Below are positions 27,452 to 37,279 of a DNA stretch of 53,451 nucleotides, piece after piece. The translations under genes were made by a program, and so were the position numbers. The stretch's first letter is position 1. Every line of letters begins with the position of its first letter. The notes below the pieces were generated by a model, which saw only the letters and a list, made by a program, of their open reading frames with translations, did no database searches and was not told the origin of the DNA. The stretch is from an uncultured Eubacteriales bacterium (GTDB lineage: Bacteria > Bacillota > Clostridia > Oscillospirales > Oscillospiraceae): positions 1-53,451 of the forward strand of contig CASFJB010000003.1 of the NCBI GenBank assembly GCA_949294945.1, in the 5' to 3' direction.

Positions 27452-28624
27452 TCAGGTTCTGGCCACTCCGCTGTCCTTGGCTGCTTTATATACGGCGGCG
27501 GCCACGGCCTCCCGTACTCTGGGGTCGAAGGCCAGGGGGAGGATGTAATCGGCGGAGAGCTCTTCGTCGCTGACCAGAGAGGCTATGGCCTGGGCGGCAG
27601 CCAGCTTCATCTCTTCGTTTATGTCCCATGCCCTGGCATCCAGAGCGCCCCGGAAGATTCCGGGGAAGGCCAGGACATTGTTCACCTGGTTGGGATAGTC
27701 GCTGCGGCCGGTAGATACCACGGCGGCCCCGGCGGCCTTGGCCTGATCCGGCAGTATCTCCGGCACGGGATTGGCGCAGGCAAAGATTATTGAATCTTTA
27801 TTCATACTTCTCACCATGTCCTGGGTGAGAAGGCCGGGGGCGGAAACACCTATAAACACGTCGGCTCCCTTTATCACCTCCGCCAGGCTCCCCTGCTCCC
27901 GGCCGGGATTGGTCATTGCGGCGATCTCCGCCTTGGCCGGATTAAGTCCCGGGCGGCCGGAATATATGGCGCCGCTCCTGTCGCACATGACAATGTTTTT
28001 GACTCCCGCTCCAGCCAGCAGCTTCACCACGGCAGTACCTGCGGCTCCGGCTCCGGAGGTGACCACCTTGATCTCCTCCAGCTTCCTGCCCGTCAGGCGC
28101 AGGGCGTTTTTCAAAGCTGCCATGACTATGACCGCGGTACCGTGCTGATCATCGTGGAAAACGGGGATATCACAGCGCTGCTTCAGCTTCTCCTCTATCT
28201 CAAAGCAGCGGGGGGCGGAGATATCCTCCAGGTTCACTCCGCCGAAGGAGCCGGCAAGCAAAGCCACGGTATTTACTATATCGTCCACGTCCTTGCTGCG
28301 GATGCAGAGAGGTATGGCGTCCACTCCGCCGAACTCCTTAAAGAGGACGCACTTGCCCTCCATTACCGGCATGCCCGCCTCCGGGCCAATATCCCCAAGG
28401 CCCAGCACGGCGCTGCCGTCGGTTACAACAGCCACGGTATTCCAGCGGCGGGTGAGCTCATAGCTCTTGTCCGGGTCCTTCTGTATCTCCAGGCAGGGCT
28501 GGGCGACGCCGGGAGTATAGGCCAGGCTCAGGGCCTCACGGCTGTCCACCTTTGCCCGGGACACCACTTCTATCTTTCCTCTCAGCTGCCGGTGCAGCTC
28601 CAGAGACTTCTGGGCATAATCCAT
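27452..28624 (-). CDS. NAD(P)-dependent malic enzyme (short form)
   Basis: 390 aa with VVTDGSAVLGLGDIG and a dinucleotide-binding GAGAAG motif. Confidence 0.9.
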   Translation of the reverse strand: MDYAQKSLELHRQLRGKIEVVSRAKVDSREALSLAYTPGVAQPCLEIQKDPDKSYELTRRWNTVAVVTDGSAVLGLGDIGPEAGMPVMEGKCVLFKEFGGVDAIPLCIRSKDVDDIVNTVALLAGSFGGVNLEDISAPRCFEIEEKLKQRCDIPVFHDDQHGTAVIVMAALKNALRLTGRKLEEIKVVTSGAGAAGTAVVKLLAGAGVKNIVMCDRSGAIYSGRPGLNPAKAEIAAMTNPGREQGSLAEVIKGADVFIGVSAPGLLTQDMVRSMNKDSIIFACANPVPEILPDQAKAAGAAVVSTGRSDYPNQVNNVLAFPGIFRGALDARAWDINEEMKLAAAQAIASLVSDEELSADYILPLAFDPRVREAVAAAVYKAAKDSGVART

Positions 28625-28625
28625 A

Positions 28626-29201
28626 TCATTTACCGCCTTTCAAACTTTCAAGATAGGCCTCAGGGCCGCTCTCATATATATTTCCCCCAAGACTGTCTAT
28701 AGCCACGGTGAGAGGCATGTCTTTTATCTCCAGCCGCCGCACCGCCTCACAGCCCAGGTCCTCCCAGCATATCACTTCCGCGGACCTGATGCACTGGCTC
28801 ATCAGCGCCCCCGCTCCGCCCATGGCGGCCAGGTACACCGCGCCGTTTCGCACCATGGACTCTATTACTTCCTTATTGCGCATGCCCTTGCCTATCATAA
28901 GCTTCTGTCCCAGGTCAAGGAGCCTGGGTGAATAGGCGTCCATACGCCCGGAGGTGGTGGGACCGGCAGAGCCGATGGCCCGTCCGGGCGGTTCCGGCGT
29001 TGGCCCCACGTAGTAGACGGCGCTGTCTTTCAGTTCAAAAGGCAGCGGCTCCCCCCGGTCCAGACACTCCACCATCCGCTTGTGGGCAGCGTCCCTGGCG
29101 GTATATATCTCCCCGCTGAGATACACCATGTCCCCGGCCCGGAGCTTAGCCAGCTCCTCCCGGCTCAGGGGTGTTTTAAGGCTATATTCCATAGTGCTCA
29201 T
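28626..29201 (-). CDS. Fe-S hydro-lyase beta subunit (class I fumarate hydratase / tartrate dehydratase beta)
   Basis: 191 aa with a GPTTSGRMD motif. The start ATG overlaps the stop of the upstream GT-C gene (ATGA at 29198-29201). Confidence 0.88.
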   Translation of the reverse strand: MSTMEYSLKTPLSREELAKLRAGDMVYLSGEIYTARDAAHKRMVECLDRGEPLPFELKDSAVYYVGPTPEPPGRAIGSAGPTTSGRMDAYSPRLLDLGQKLMIGKGMRNKEVIESMVRNGAVYLAAMGGAGALMSQCIRSAEVICWEDLGCEAVRRLEIKDMPLTVAIDSLGGNIYESGPEAYLESLKGGK

Positions 29202-30880
29202 TCCTTTCTCTCCAGAACAAAAAATCCCCCATACTGTCTGGCATCAAACAGATCCATATCAAAGCAATCCAGCTCGTCCTCAGCTGCCACATATACCGCA
29301 TCCTCTTCCGGGTCTATCTCAATATCCTCCATAGGCGCAAAAGTATAGCGTTCATCAAAAGGCAGCAGCCCCTCCGGGCAGGTCTTGCCCTGGTAGTACT
29401 CCGCATCCGTCTCGTGATAGAAAAGAGTCAGAATCTCGCTGATGTTTCCCCGTGTATCGTCATGCAGGGAGGCGGTTATATACATCTTTTCCGCATCGTC
29501 GTCCTTTATGGACAGCATGGCATCTCCAAAGTCTTTATAGAAATAGTACTCAAGAGTCTTGGAATATTCCCCAAAATAGCTAAAGCACATCATCACAAAG
29601 GCAAGCATATAAACGGCAGCCAGGCCTGCTCTCAGCGGCACGGAGGCAAAGCTCCTCGCTGTCAGGTATATGCCCACGGCGGCAAAGATGATCTGGGGGT
29701 AAAAAATGATGTTTATCCGGTTTACATTCACCCCTATGGTACATACCCCGCACCACAGCCCGGTGATATAAAACAGGATCAGCAGCGCCGCAGCACTGTT
29801 TTTTCTGAATTGCAGCAAAGTCCAGCCCAGACCCAGCAGCACAAAGGGAATGGAAAATAAGTATATGGTTCCATAGGCGGGCATGCTGTTCCAGGGCTTG
29901 TCCGGCGCCTGGATGAACACCACCAGCAGCAGGCATTTGATATCGTACAGCAGCTGTATAATAAAGCTGTACTTCGGGTCATGGAAGAACAGAATGTCGC
30001 TGGAGCGGCGGCTGTCCGGGAAAAACGGCAGAGTGAAGGGCCCCAGCTCTATGGTCTCAAGCCCAAAGAAGTTTATGACCATTACCGTAATGAAGGGCCA
30101 GGACACCGCCAGCCACACCACCAATGCCAAAAATGCCTCCGGAATGCTGACCTCTTTCTTCACCAGCAAATATATACAGGCCATTACCAGAAACAAGGGC
30201 ATGGTATATATCGCTATTCCGTAGCAGTACATGCACAGGCCGAACATCACCATGCTGACGCTCAGAGTCAGCTTGCGGTGCCTGGCTTTCATGGAGCGGT
30301 TCAAAAAGTATATTCCAAACAGGAAGAAATGGGGATACAAATTGCAGTCCAAAGCCCAGCGGCTCTGCATAAAATGCCAGGGCGCAATACAGCCGAAAGC
30401 AAAAATGAACAATGCCGCTTTCTTGCCGAAGGCATCTCTGGAAAAAAGATACAAAACCGCCAAGCCCAGCAGGCTGACTATCAGTATGGGCAGGCGCGCC
30501 GATACCGGGCTGAAGCCCATGAGCTTTATAAAGGGCACCATCAGGTAGCTGAGCAAAGCGCTCATCTGGCCGTAGCCCCAGGCTGTGAGATGCACCGGCA
30601 GGCTCATGCCGTAGCGATCGGTGCCATGGTCCGCCAGCGCCTTGCCGTCTACCGCAGCCATGGCCCCGTCCTGATAGAAGCCTCCCGGCACCTGGCCGAA
30701 TTTATATACCCGGACAAATACGGCCACAAGGGCAAAAAACACAAATATTGTCCAATACAGCCTGTCGGACATCTCCAGCTCCAAGAGACTTCCGGAATTC
30801 TTGTACAGTCTCTTTGCCGTCATAAGGCAGAGCATGAGCACGGCAAAGGCCAGAACTATACTTATCGCTATCATAAGCAA
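29198..30880 (-). CDS. GT-C fold membrane glycosyltransferase, ArnT/PMT(GT39/GT83)-like; paralog 1 (intact)
   Basis: 560 aa and polytopic. The first loop reads GGFYQDGAMAA, followed by ARLPILIVSLLGLAVLYLFSRDAFGKKAALFIFAFGCIAPWH, which is typical of ArnT/PMT_2 proteins. A soluble C-terminal domain of ~140 aa follows. Confidence 0.7.
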   Translation of the reverse strand: MLMIAISIVLAFAVLMLCLMTAKRLYKNSGSLLELEMSDRLYWTIFVFFALVAVFVRVYKFGQVPGGFYQDGAMAAVDGKALADHGTDRYGMSLPVHLTAWGYGQMSALLSYLMVPFIKLMGFSPVSARLPILIVSLLGLAVLYLFSRDAFGKKAALFIFAFGCIAPWHFMQSRWALDCNLYPHFFLFGIYFLNRSMKARHRKLTLSVSMVMFGLCMYCYGIAIYTMPLFLVMACIYLLVKKEVSIPEAFLALVVWLAVSWPFITVMVINFFGLETIELGPFTLPFFPDSRRSSDILFFHDPKYSFIIQLLYDIKCLLLVVFIQAPDKPWNSMPAYGTIYLFSIPFVLLGLGWTLLQFRKNSAAALLILFYITGLWCGVCTIGVNVNRINIIFYPQIIFAAVGIYLTARSFASVPLRAGLAAVYMLAFVMMCFSYFGEYSKTLEYYFYKDFGDAMLSIKDDDAEKMYITASLHDDTRGNISEILTLFYHETDAEYYQGKTCPEGLLPFDERYTFAPMEDIEIDPEEDAVYVAAEDELDCFDMDLFDARQYGGFFVLERKE

Positions 30881-30937
30881 ACCTCGTTTCTCTTTTCTCT
30901 CTGCATAAGTCCGGTGGTCGCCGGACAGCCGTCTGCT

Positions 30938-32592
30938 TCAGTCCCTGGTCTCCAGCAGATAGTAAGTGCCAAACTGCTCCACATCGTAGAGCTCCAGCTC
31001 AAAACAGCCCAGCTCGTTTTCCGCCGCCACATAGGCGGCATCCTCCTGCGGGTCTATATCTATATCCTCCATATTGGCATAGGTATAGCGCTCCCCATAG
31101 GGCAGCAGCCCCTCCGGGCAGGTCTTGCCCTGATAGTACTCCGAATCTATCTGGTGATAGAACAGCGTCAGGACTTCGCTGACATAGGCGGTGTTCTCCC
31201 CCTGGCTCTTGCCGGTTATATAGAATCTCTCCGCATCGCTGTATTGCAGGGCCGAGACCGCCGTGCCGAAGTCCTTGAAAAAGCAATATTCCATCTGCCC
31301 GGCATAGTATCCAAAGTAAGTACTGCACAGCAGGGCAAAAGCCAGCAGATAGGCGGCAGCCACACCCAGGCGCAGGGGAAAGGCGTCCATGCGGCAGAAC
31401 ACCGTATATATGCCCAGGGCGGTAAAAAGGATTTGTGGGTAGAAGATGATGTTTATGCGGTTGATGTTCACTCCGTTGGTGCATAGGCCGCACCACAGCC
31501 CGGTGATGAAGAAGAACAGCAGCAGCACTGCCCCGTCGTTATTTTTAAGCCGCAGCAGTACATACACAAAGCCCAGCACCGCAAAGGGCATCGAGAACAG
31601 ATATATGCTGCCGAAGGCAGGGATATTGTTCCAGAGCAGGTCGCTCCCCTGAGCAAACACCGCAGTTTGCAGGGATTTAAGATTCTCCCACAGCTGGGAG
31701 AGTATATCATCGGAAAAGAAAAGTATATCGTTGGAACGGACGCTGCCGGAAAAATAGGGCAGAGTGAAAGGGCCTATCTCCACCGTATCCCAGCCGAAGT
31801 AGTTGATGGCCATGGCAAGGATGAAGGGCCAAGACACCGCCAGCCAGACCGCCATGGCCATCAGCGCCTCCCCTATGCTTACTTTTTTCTTCAGCAGCAG
31901 ATAAACGCAGGCAAGCACCAGAAACAGCGGCACACGCCATAGCAGTACATGCACAGGCCGAACATCACCATGCTCAGGCACAGCAGCAGCTTACGGCGCC
32001 CGGCTTTCAGGGAGCGGTTGAGAAAATATACTCCGAAGAGAAAGAAGTGGGGGTACAGATTGCAGTCCAGGGCCCAGCGGCTCTGAAGAATATGCCAGGG
32101 GGCTATGGCCCCAAAGGCAAAAACTATAAGCGCCGCCTTTTTCCCAAAAGCATCCCGGCTGAAGAAGTACAGGGCGGCCAGGCCCAGCAGGCTGACGATC
32201 AGCTGGGGCAGCCGGGCGGACACCGCATTCAGACCCATAAGCTTTATAAAGGGCACCATCAGGTAGCTGAGCAGAGCGCTCATCTGACCGTAGCCCCAGG
32301 CCGTGAGATGCACCGGCAGGCTCATGCCGTAGTGATCCGTGCCGTGTTCCGCCAGGGCCAAAGCATCTATGGCGGCCATAGCCCCGTCCTGGTTGAAGCC
32401 GCCGGGTACAGAGCCAAATTTATACACCCTAACCAGCACTGCCGCCAGGGCAAAAAACAGCAGCAGGGCTTTATACACCCGGTCATTCAGGGATAGCTCC
32501 AGATCGGAATGGGGCCGGGACAGCAGCCTGGCCATGGCCACAGTGGTCAGAAACAGGGACAAGGCATAAAAGATTAGATTTAATGAATCCAT
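30938..32592 (-). pseudogene. GT-C paralog 2, reading frame broken by a 13-nt deletion
   Basis: ORFs 31891-32592 (N-terminal half) and 30938-31981 (C-terminal half) are collinear with paralog 1. They sit in different frames. The sequence at 31931-31934 lacks the TGGTATATATGGA present in paralog 3. Confidence 0.75.
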
Positions 32593-32613
32593 ATTTTTAT
32601 TTACTGATGGCTC

Positions 32614-34288
32614 TTACTTTCTGTCCAGCACATAATAATATGGTCCGAACTGCTGGATATCGTATAGCTCTGTGTTAAAATACTCCAGTTCATGTACAGC
32701 CACAAGATACACTGCATTTTCGTTTTCGTCTATTTCCATATCGCTCAGATATCCATAAACATACCTCTCCTTATATGGAAGTATGTTTTCGGGCTCCGTT
32801 TTACCTAGGCAGTACTCGGCATCTAACTCATGGTAGAACATTGTAAGGACCTCGCTTGTCTGTATTCCGTGAGCTTCCGCTGTTATATATATTTTATCTG
32901 CATCACTGTCTCTTATCTCTGCAAGTGCCTGGCCGTAATATTTGTAAAAATACCGCTCAATTGACTGAGCTTGGGAATTATACGGGTCAAAATAGCAGCG
33001 TGCAAATAACACAAAAGACAAAAGGTATACCACTGCCGGCATAAGTCTAATCAGCCCTTTGGTATTTCTCATGAAAGCCGCTACTCCCAGGCCAAGAAAA
33101 ACTATTTGCGCATAGAAAATAATATTGATTCTGTTGATATTTACCGCATTGGTAATTATTCCGCACCATAGGCCTGTAAGCCACATAAGGAATATGAGGA
33201 CGGCTCCGGTGTTTACTTTCATCTGCTTGATAAGCCATCCCAATCCCAATAAGACAAATGGCAGAGAAAACTTATATATGCTGCCATACATGGGAATATT
33301 GTTCCACGGTACATCATCCCACTGAAGGAAAACCACCGATACTGTTGTCTTAATGTTTTCAAACAACTGCCTGAGTATATCGTCTGAGAAGAAAAGAATG
33401 TCACCAGCTCTGACACTGTCTTTAAAGTTTTGCAAGGTGAAAGGGCCTATCTCCACCGTATCCCAGCCGAAGTAGTTGATGGCCATGACAAGGATGAAGG
33501 GCCAGGACACCGCCAGCCAGACCGCCATGGCCATCAGCGCCTCCCCTATGCTTACTTTTTTCTTCAGCAGCAGATAAACGCAGGCAAGCACCAGAAACAG
33601 CGGCCAGAAACAGCGGCATGGTATATATGGACACGCCATAGCAGTACATGCACAGGCCGAACATCACCATGCTCAGGCACAGCAGAAGCTTACGGTGCCC
33701 GGCTTTCAGTGAACGGTTAAGGAAATAGATTCCGAAAAGGAAAAAGTGTGGGTAGAAGTTTGCCTCCAATGCCCAACGGCTTTGCATTATATGCCAAGGA
33801 GCTATAGCTGCAAAAAACAATATAATCAGTCCGGTTTTTCTGCCAAAAATATCTCTTGAGACTTTATATAGTACAATTAGCGACAGGCAGCTGACCAGCA
33901 GAGTTGGAATTCTTATAGTGACCGACGTCATGGAAAACATCTTTACTTTTGGGGCTATGAAGTAAGACATAAGTACGCTCATCTGAGCAAATTTCCATGC
34001 TTCGAAAAATACCGGATAAGATGTCCCATAAATGTCCGTACCATAATCAGCCAAGGCCTTGGCATTTATGGCGGCCATTGCTTCATCTTCTTTTATTCCG
34101 CAGGGCACCGCTCCAAATTCGTACAGACGAACGGCGAGCCCCAGAGCAACAATAATAAAAAGCAAGATTTTTTCTGCTTTCCTGGGTATAGACCAATGTC
34201 CTTCCTCAGGATTCTTGACTAACTTATGTGCAGTTAATATACAGAGTACGGCAAAAAATACGAACAATACCGGGTTAACCCTCGACAT
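32614..34288 (-). pseudogene. GT-C paralog 3 (AT-rich), reading frame broken by a 13-bp tandem duplication
   Basis: ORFs 33422-34288 and 32614-33639 are collinear with paralog 1. CCAGAAACAGCGG is directly duplicated at 33591-33616. Removing one copy restores ...YTMPLFLVLACVYLLLKKK. Confidence 0.75.
33591..33616 (-). repeat. 13-bp direct tandem duplication causing the paralog 3 frameshift
   Basis: CCAGAAACAGCGG occurs at 33591-33603 and again at 33604-33616. Confidence 0.95.
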
Positions 34289-34382
34289 TTAGCTTTCCAC
34301 CCTTTAGATCAATTGTTATCCACAACCCAATGAGACTGCTGTAATTTAAAATACATTAATATTAAGTATTTTGAGGTTAGGC

Positions 34383-35225
34383 TTAGTCCAAAATACATCC
34401 GGCTCTTCTGGTCACATGGCAGCTTATATTCACCGCCACCGGCAGGCCGGCCACGTGGGTAGGCATGGTCTCGATATTCACTGCCAGGGCCGTGGTGCGG
34501 CCGCCGAAGCCCTGGGGACCTATGCCCAGGGAATTGATCTCCCGGAGCATATCCGCCTCCAGAGCGGCATAGAATTCATCCTGGTTGGGGCGGTCCACAG
34601 GCCGCAGCAGGGCGTGCTTTGCCAGGGCCGCCGCCTTGTCAAAGGTGCCGCCTATGCCCACGCCCACCACTATGGGGGGGCAGGGGTTGGAACCGGCGGC
34701 CTTCACCGTGTCCAGCACGAAGCGCTTCACTCCTTCCACCCCGTCGGCTGGCTTGAGCATGGCAAGGCGGCTCATGTTCTCGCTGCCGAAGCCCTTGGGA
34801 ACAACGGTGAGCTCCAGCCGGTCCCCCGGCACCAGCTCCACCGTTATGGCGGCAGGGGTATTGTCCCCGGTGTTCACCCGGCGCAGAGGGTCGCCCACAA
34901 CGCTTTTGCGCAGGTAGCCCTGCTCATAGCCCCGGCGCACGCCTTCGTTCACCGCGGCATTGAAGTCCCCCTCTATGTGCACATCCTGGCCCAGGCTCGC
35001 AAAGACGCAGGCCATGCCCGTATCCTGGCAGACAGGCAGATCCATATTCCCGGCGGCCTCTATATTCCGGCACAGCACCCCCAGAGTGGCTTTCGCCACC
35101 GGCCATGGCTCCCCTTCCCGGGCGCTGTCCATGGCCCGGACTATGTCCTCCGGCAGCTGCTTATTGGCCCTTATGCAAAGCTCCGCCACTGCGGCGCTGA
35201 TATCCTCGGCTTTCACTGTACGCAT
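34383..35225 (-). CDS. Fe-S hydro-lyase alpha subunit (class I fumarate hydratase / tartrate dehydratase alpha)
   Basis: 280 aa with the LPVCQDTGMA motif and GVGIGGT. Confidence 0.9.
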   Translation of the reverse strand: MRTVKAEDISAAVAELCIRANKQLPEDIVRAMDSAREGEPWPVAKATLGVLCRNIEAAGNMDLPVCQDTGMACVFASLGQDVHIEGDFNAAVNEGVRRGYEQGYLRKSVVGDPLRRVNTGDNTPAAITVELVPGDRLELTVVPKGFGSENMSRLAMLKPADGVEGVKRFVLDTVKAAGSNPCPPIVVGVGIGGTFDKAAALAKHALLRPVDRPNQDEFYAALEADMLREINSLGIGPQGFGGRTTALAVNIETMPTHVAGLPVAVNISCHVTRRAGCILD

Positions 35226-35412
35226 AGCATTAAAACGGCCCCGCCTCCATGGGGCTCTCCCTTTCCGTTATAGACGGGAATATTATTCCACCCCTTCACC
35301 CGCCTGTCAAGTCCAAGAAAGCTTTGAAAGCCAGGCATATTTAAAAAATTTTACATATTGGTGCTTGCTAAATGCAGCACCCCTGTGTTAAACTCCCCTG
35401 CGAGGTGAATGT

Positions 35413-36210
35413 ATGAATACACTTAATTTCAATGAAAAGACCGGTTTCATCTGCGATATGGACGGTGTTATATATAAAGGAAACCAGATCCTGCCAGGTG
35501 TCACCGAGTTTATCCAGTGGCTCCAGGAAGAGAAAAAAGAATACCTTTTCCTTACCAACAACAGCGGCTATACTCCCAGAGAGCTGAACCAGAAGCTGGA
35601 GCGCATGGGCCTGGATGTGCCTGAAGAGCACTTCTACACCAGTGCCCTGGCCACCGCCGCCTTCCTTAAGGACCAGGCCCCCGGCTGCTCCGTGTTTGCC
35701 ATAGGCGAGGCCGGGCTGCTCAACGCCCTGTATGACGCCGGAATAACTATGAACGACGTAAATCCCGACTACGTGGTGGTGGGCGAAGGGCGCTCCTATT
35801 CCCTGGACTCCCTTACCAAGGCCACCAATCTGGTCATGGGCGGAGCAAAACTCATAGGCGCAAACTCCGACGTCTCCGGCCCCATCGAGGGCGGCATAGC
35901 TCCCGCCTGCCGGGCTCTGGTGGCTCCCATCGAGATGGCCACCGGCATCCAGGCTTATTACTGCGGCAAGCCAAATCCCCTGATGATGCGCACCGGACTG
36001 CGCATGCTCCACTGCCACTCCGCCGAGGCCGTCATGATAGGCGACCGGATGGACACGGACATAATCTCCGGTCTGGAGAGCGGCATGTCCACCGTTCTGG
36101 TGCTCTCCGGCTGCTCCACCATGGACACCCTCAAGACCTACGCCTACCGCCCCTCCGCAGTGGTGGACGGCGTGGGAGACATTGTCTCCATGGCAAGGGC
36201 CATGAAATAA
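35413..36210 (+). CDS. HAD-IIA family hydrolase (NagD/sugar-phosphatase-like)
   Basis: 265 aa with CDMDGVIY (DxDG), LTNNS and GDRMDTDI motifs. Confidence 0.88.
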   Translation: MNTLNFNEKTGFICDMDGVIYKGNQILPGVTEFIQWLQEEKKEYLFLTNNSGYTPRELNQKLERMGLDVPEEHFYTSALATAAFLKDQAPGCSVFAIGEAGLLNALYDAGITMNDVNPDYVVVGEGRSYSLDSLTKATNLVMGGAKLIGANSDVSGPIEGGIAPACRALVAPIEMATGIQAYYCGKPNPLMMRTGLRMLHCHSAEAVMIGDRMDTDIISGLESGMSTVLVLSGCSTMDTLKTYAYRPSAVVDGVGDIVSMARAMK

Positions 36211-36236
36211 GGCAGCATAATTTATATTACATAAGC

Positions 36237-36285
36237 ATGGGCCCGGCGCAGCTGCACCGGGCCCATTTTACTGTTTATTTTTTTT
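36237..36285 (+). terminator. intrinsic terminator after the HAD gene
   Basis: 10-bp stem ATGGGCCCGG / CCGGGCCCAT followed by a T-rich run, TTTTACTGTTTATTTTTTTT. Confidence 0.75.
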
Positions 36286-36310
36286 GCCTGGTTTGCCAGG
36301 GTGAGCCTGC

Positions 36311-36341
36311 AAAAAACCACCGCAGTTCAAAACTGCGGCGG
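36311..36341 (-). terminator. intrinsic terminator after xerD
   Basis: The minus strand reads CCGCCGCAGTT-loop-AACTGCGGTGG followed by TTTTTT. Confidence 0.7.
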
Positions 36342-36357
36342 TATGTTTTATAAGACC

Positions 36358-37248
36358 TCAGGCTCTGGGATGGGCCTTGTTATACACGTCCTTCAGCTGT
36401 TTCTTTACCAGCTGGGAATACATATGGGTGGAGGATATATCCGCATGGCCAAGCATCTCCTGGATGGCGTGGATATCTGCGCCGTTTTCCAGCAAATGGG
36501 CGGCAAAGGAATGGCGCAGGGTATGGGGGGTTATATCCTTCTCTATCCCCGCCTTCTTCTGATAGTGCTTGACTATCTTCCAGAAGCCCTGGCGGGACAT
36601 GCGCTCGCCGCTGACGTTTACAAAGAGGGACTGTTCATCCGGACTGGAGATCATCTGGGGACGCACCAGTGTGATATATTCACTGAGAGCTTTCACCGCC
36701 GCATTGTACATGGGGATGAAGCGCTCCTTATTGCGGCTGCTGCAGCGGATGACTCCGGCGCCCAGGTTCACATCGCTGATGTTCAGGTCGATGAGCTCGC
36801 TGACTCTGATGCCGGTGGCATACAGCAGCTCCAGCATTGCCTTGTCCCTGTAGCCTTTGGCATCCACGCACTGAGGCTGCTCCAGCAGCAGCTCCACTTC
36901 TTTGCTGGTAAGTATCTGGGGCAGCTTCTGGGTGCTCTTCTCCGGCACCAGGCCCAGAGCCGGATTGGTCTTTACCATCTGCTTTATGCAGAAATAGGAG
37001 TAGAGGCACTTTATTGAGGCGATGCTCCTGGATACCGTGGCAACAGATTTGCCCTTGGAACGGAGCATGGCTATGTAGCCGCTCAGATCCTCCTCGTCGG
37101 CGTCAATGATGCCGTGCTCGGAGTGGTCGTCAAGATATTCTCCCAGCTGCCTGATATCACGCAGATAGGAACTGAGGGTGTTTGCAGAGGATTTCTTATC
37201 GTCTCTCAGGTATTTTTCAAAGATATCGATACATTCCTGATTCTGCAT
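36358..37248 (-). CDS. xerD: site-specific tyrosine recombinase, XerD/XerC family
   Basis: 296 aa with ATGIRVSELIDL (Arg), HTLRHSFA (HxxR) and LGHADISSTHMY (His...Tyr). Confidence 0.85.
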   Translation of the reverse strand: MQNQECIDIFEKYLRDDKKSSANTLSSYLRDIRQLGEYLDDHSEHGIIDADEEDLSGYIAMLRSKGKSVATVSRSIASIKCLYSYFCIKQMVKTNPALGLVPEKSTQKLPQILTSKEVELLLEQPQCVDAKGYRDKAMLELLYATGIRVSELIDLNISDVNLGAGVIRCSSRNKERFIPMYNAAVKALSEYITLVRPQMISSPDEQSLFVNVSGERMSRQGFWKIVKHYQKKAGIEKDITPHTLRHSFAAHLLENGADIHAIQEMLGHADISSTHMYSQLVKKQLKDVYNKAHPRA

Positions 37249-37279
37249 AGCAACGCCCTCCTTTCTCCTTAAGAATTAT

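Noticed and set aside
36358-37248. Tyrosine recombinase as the integrase of a mobile element or prophage boundary.
   Set aside because: The 296-aa length and motifs fit chromosomal XerD. No flanking direct repeats, tRNA target, excisionase or phage/ICE cargo genes are present, and the neighbours are housekeeping genes.
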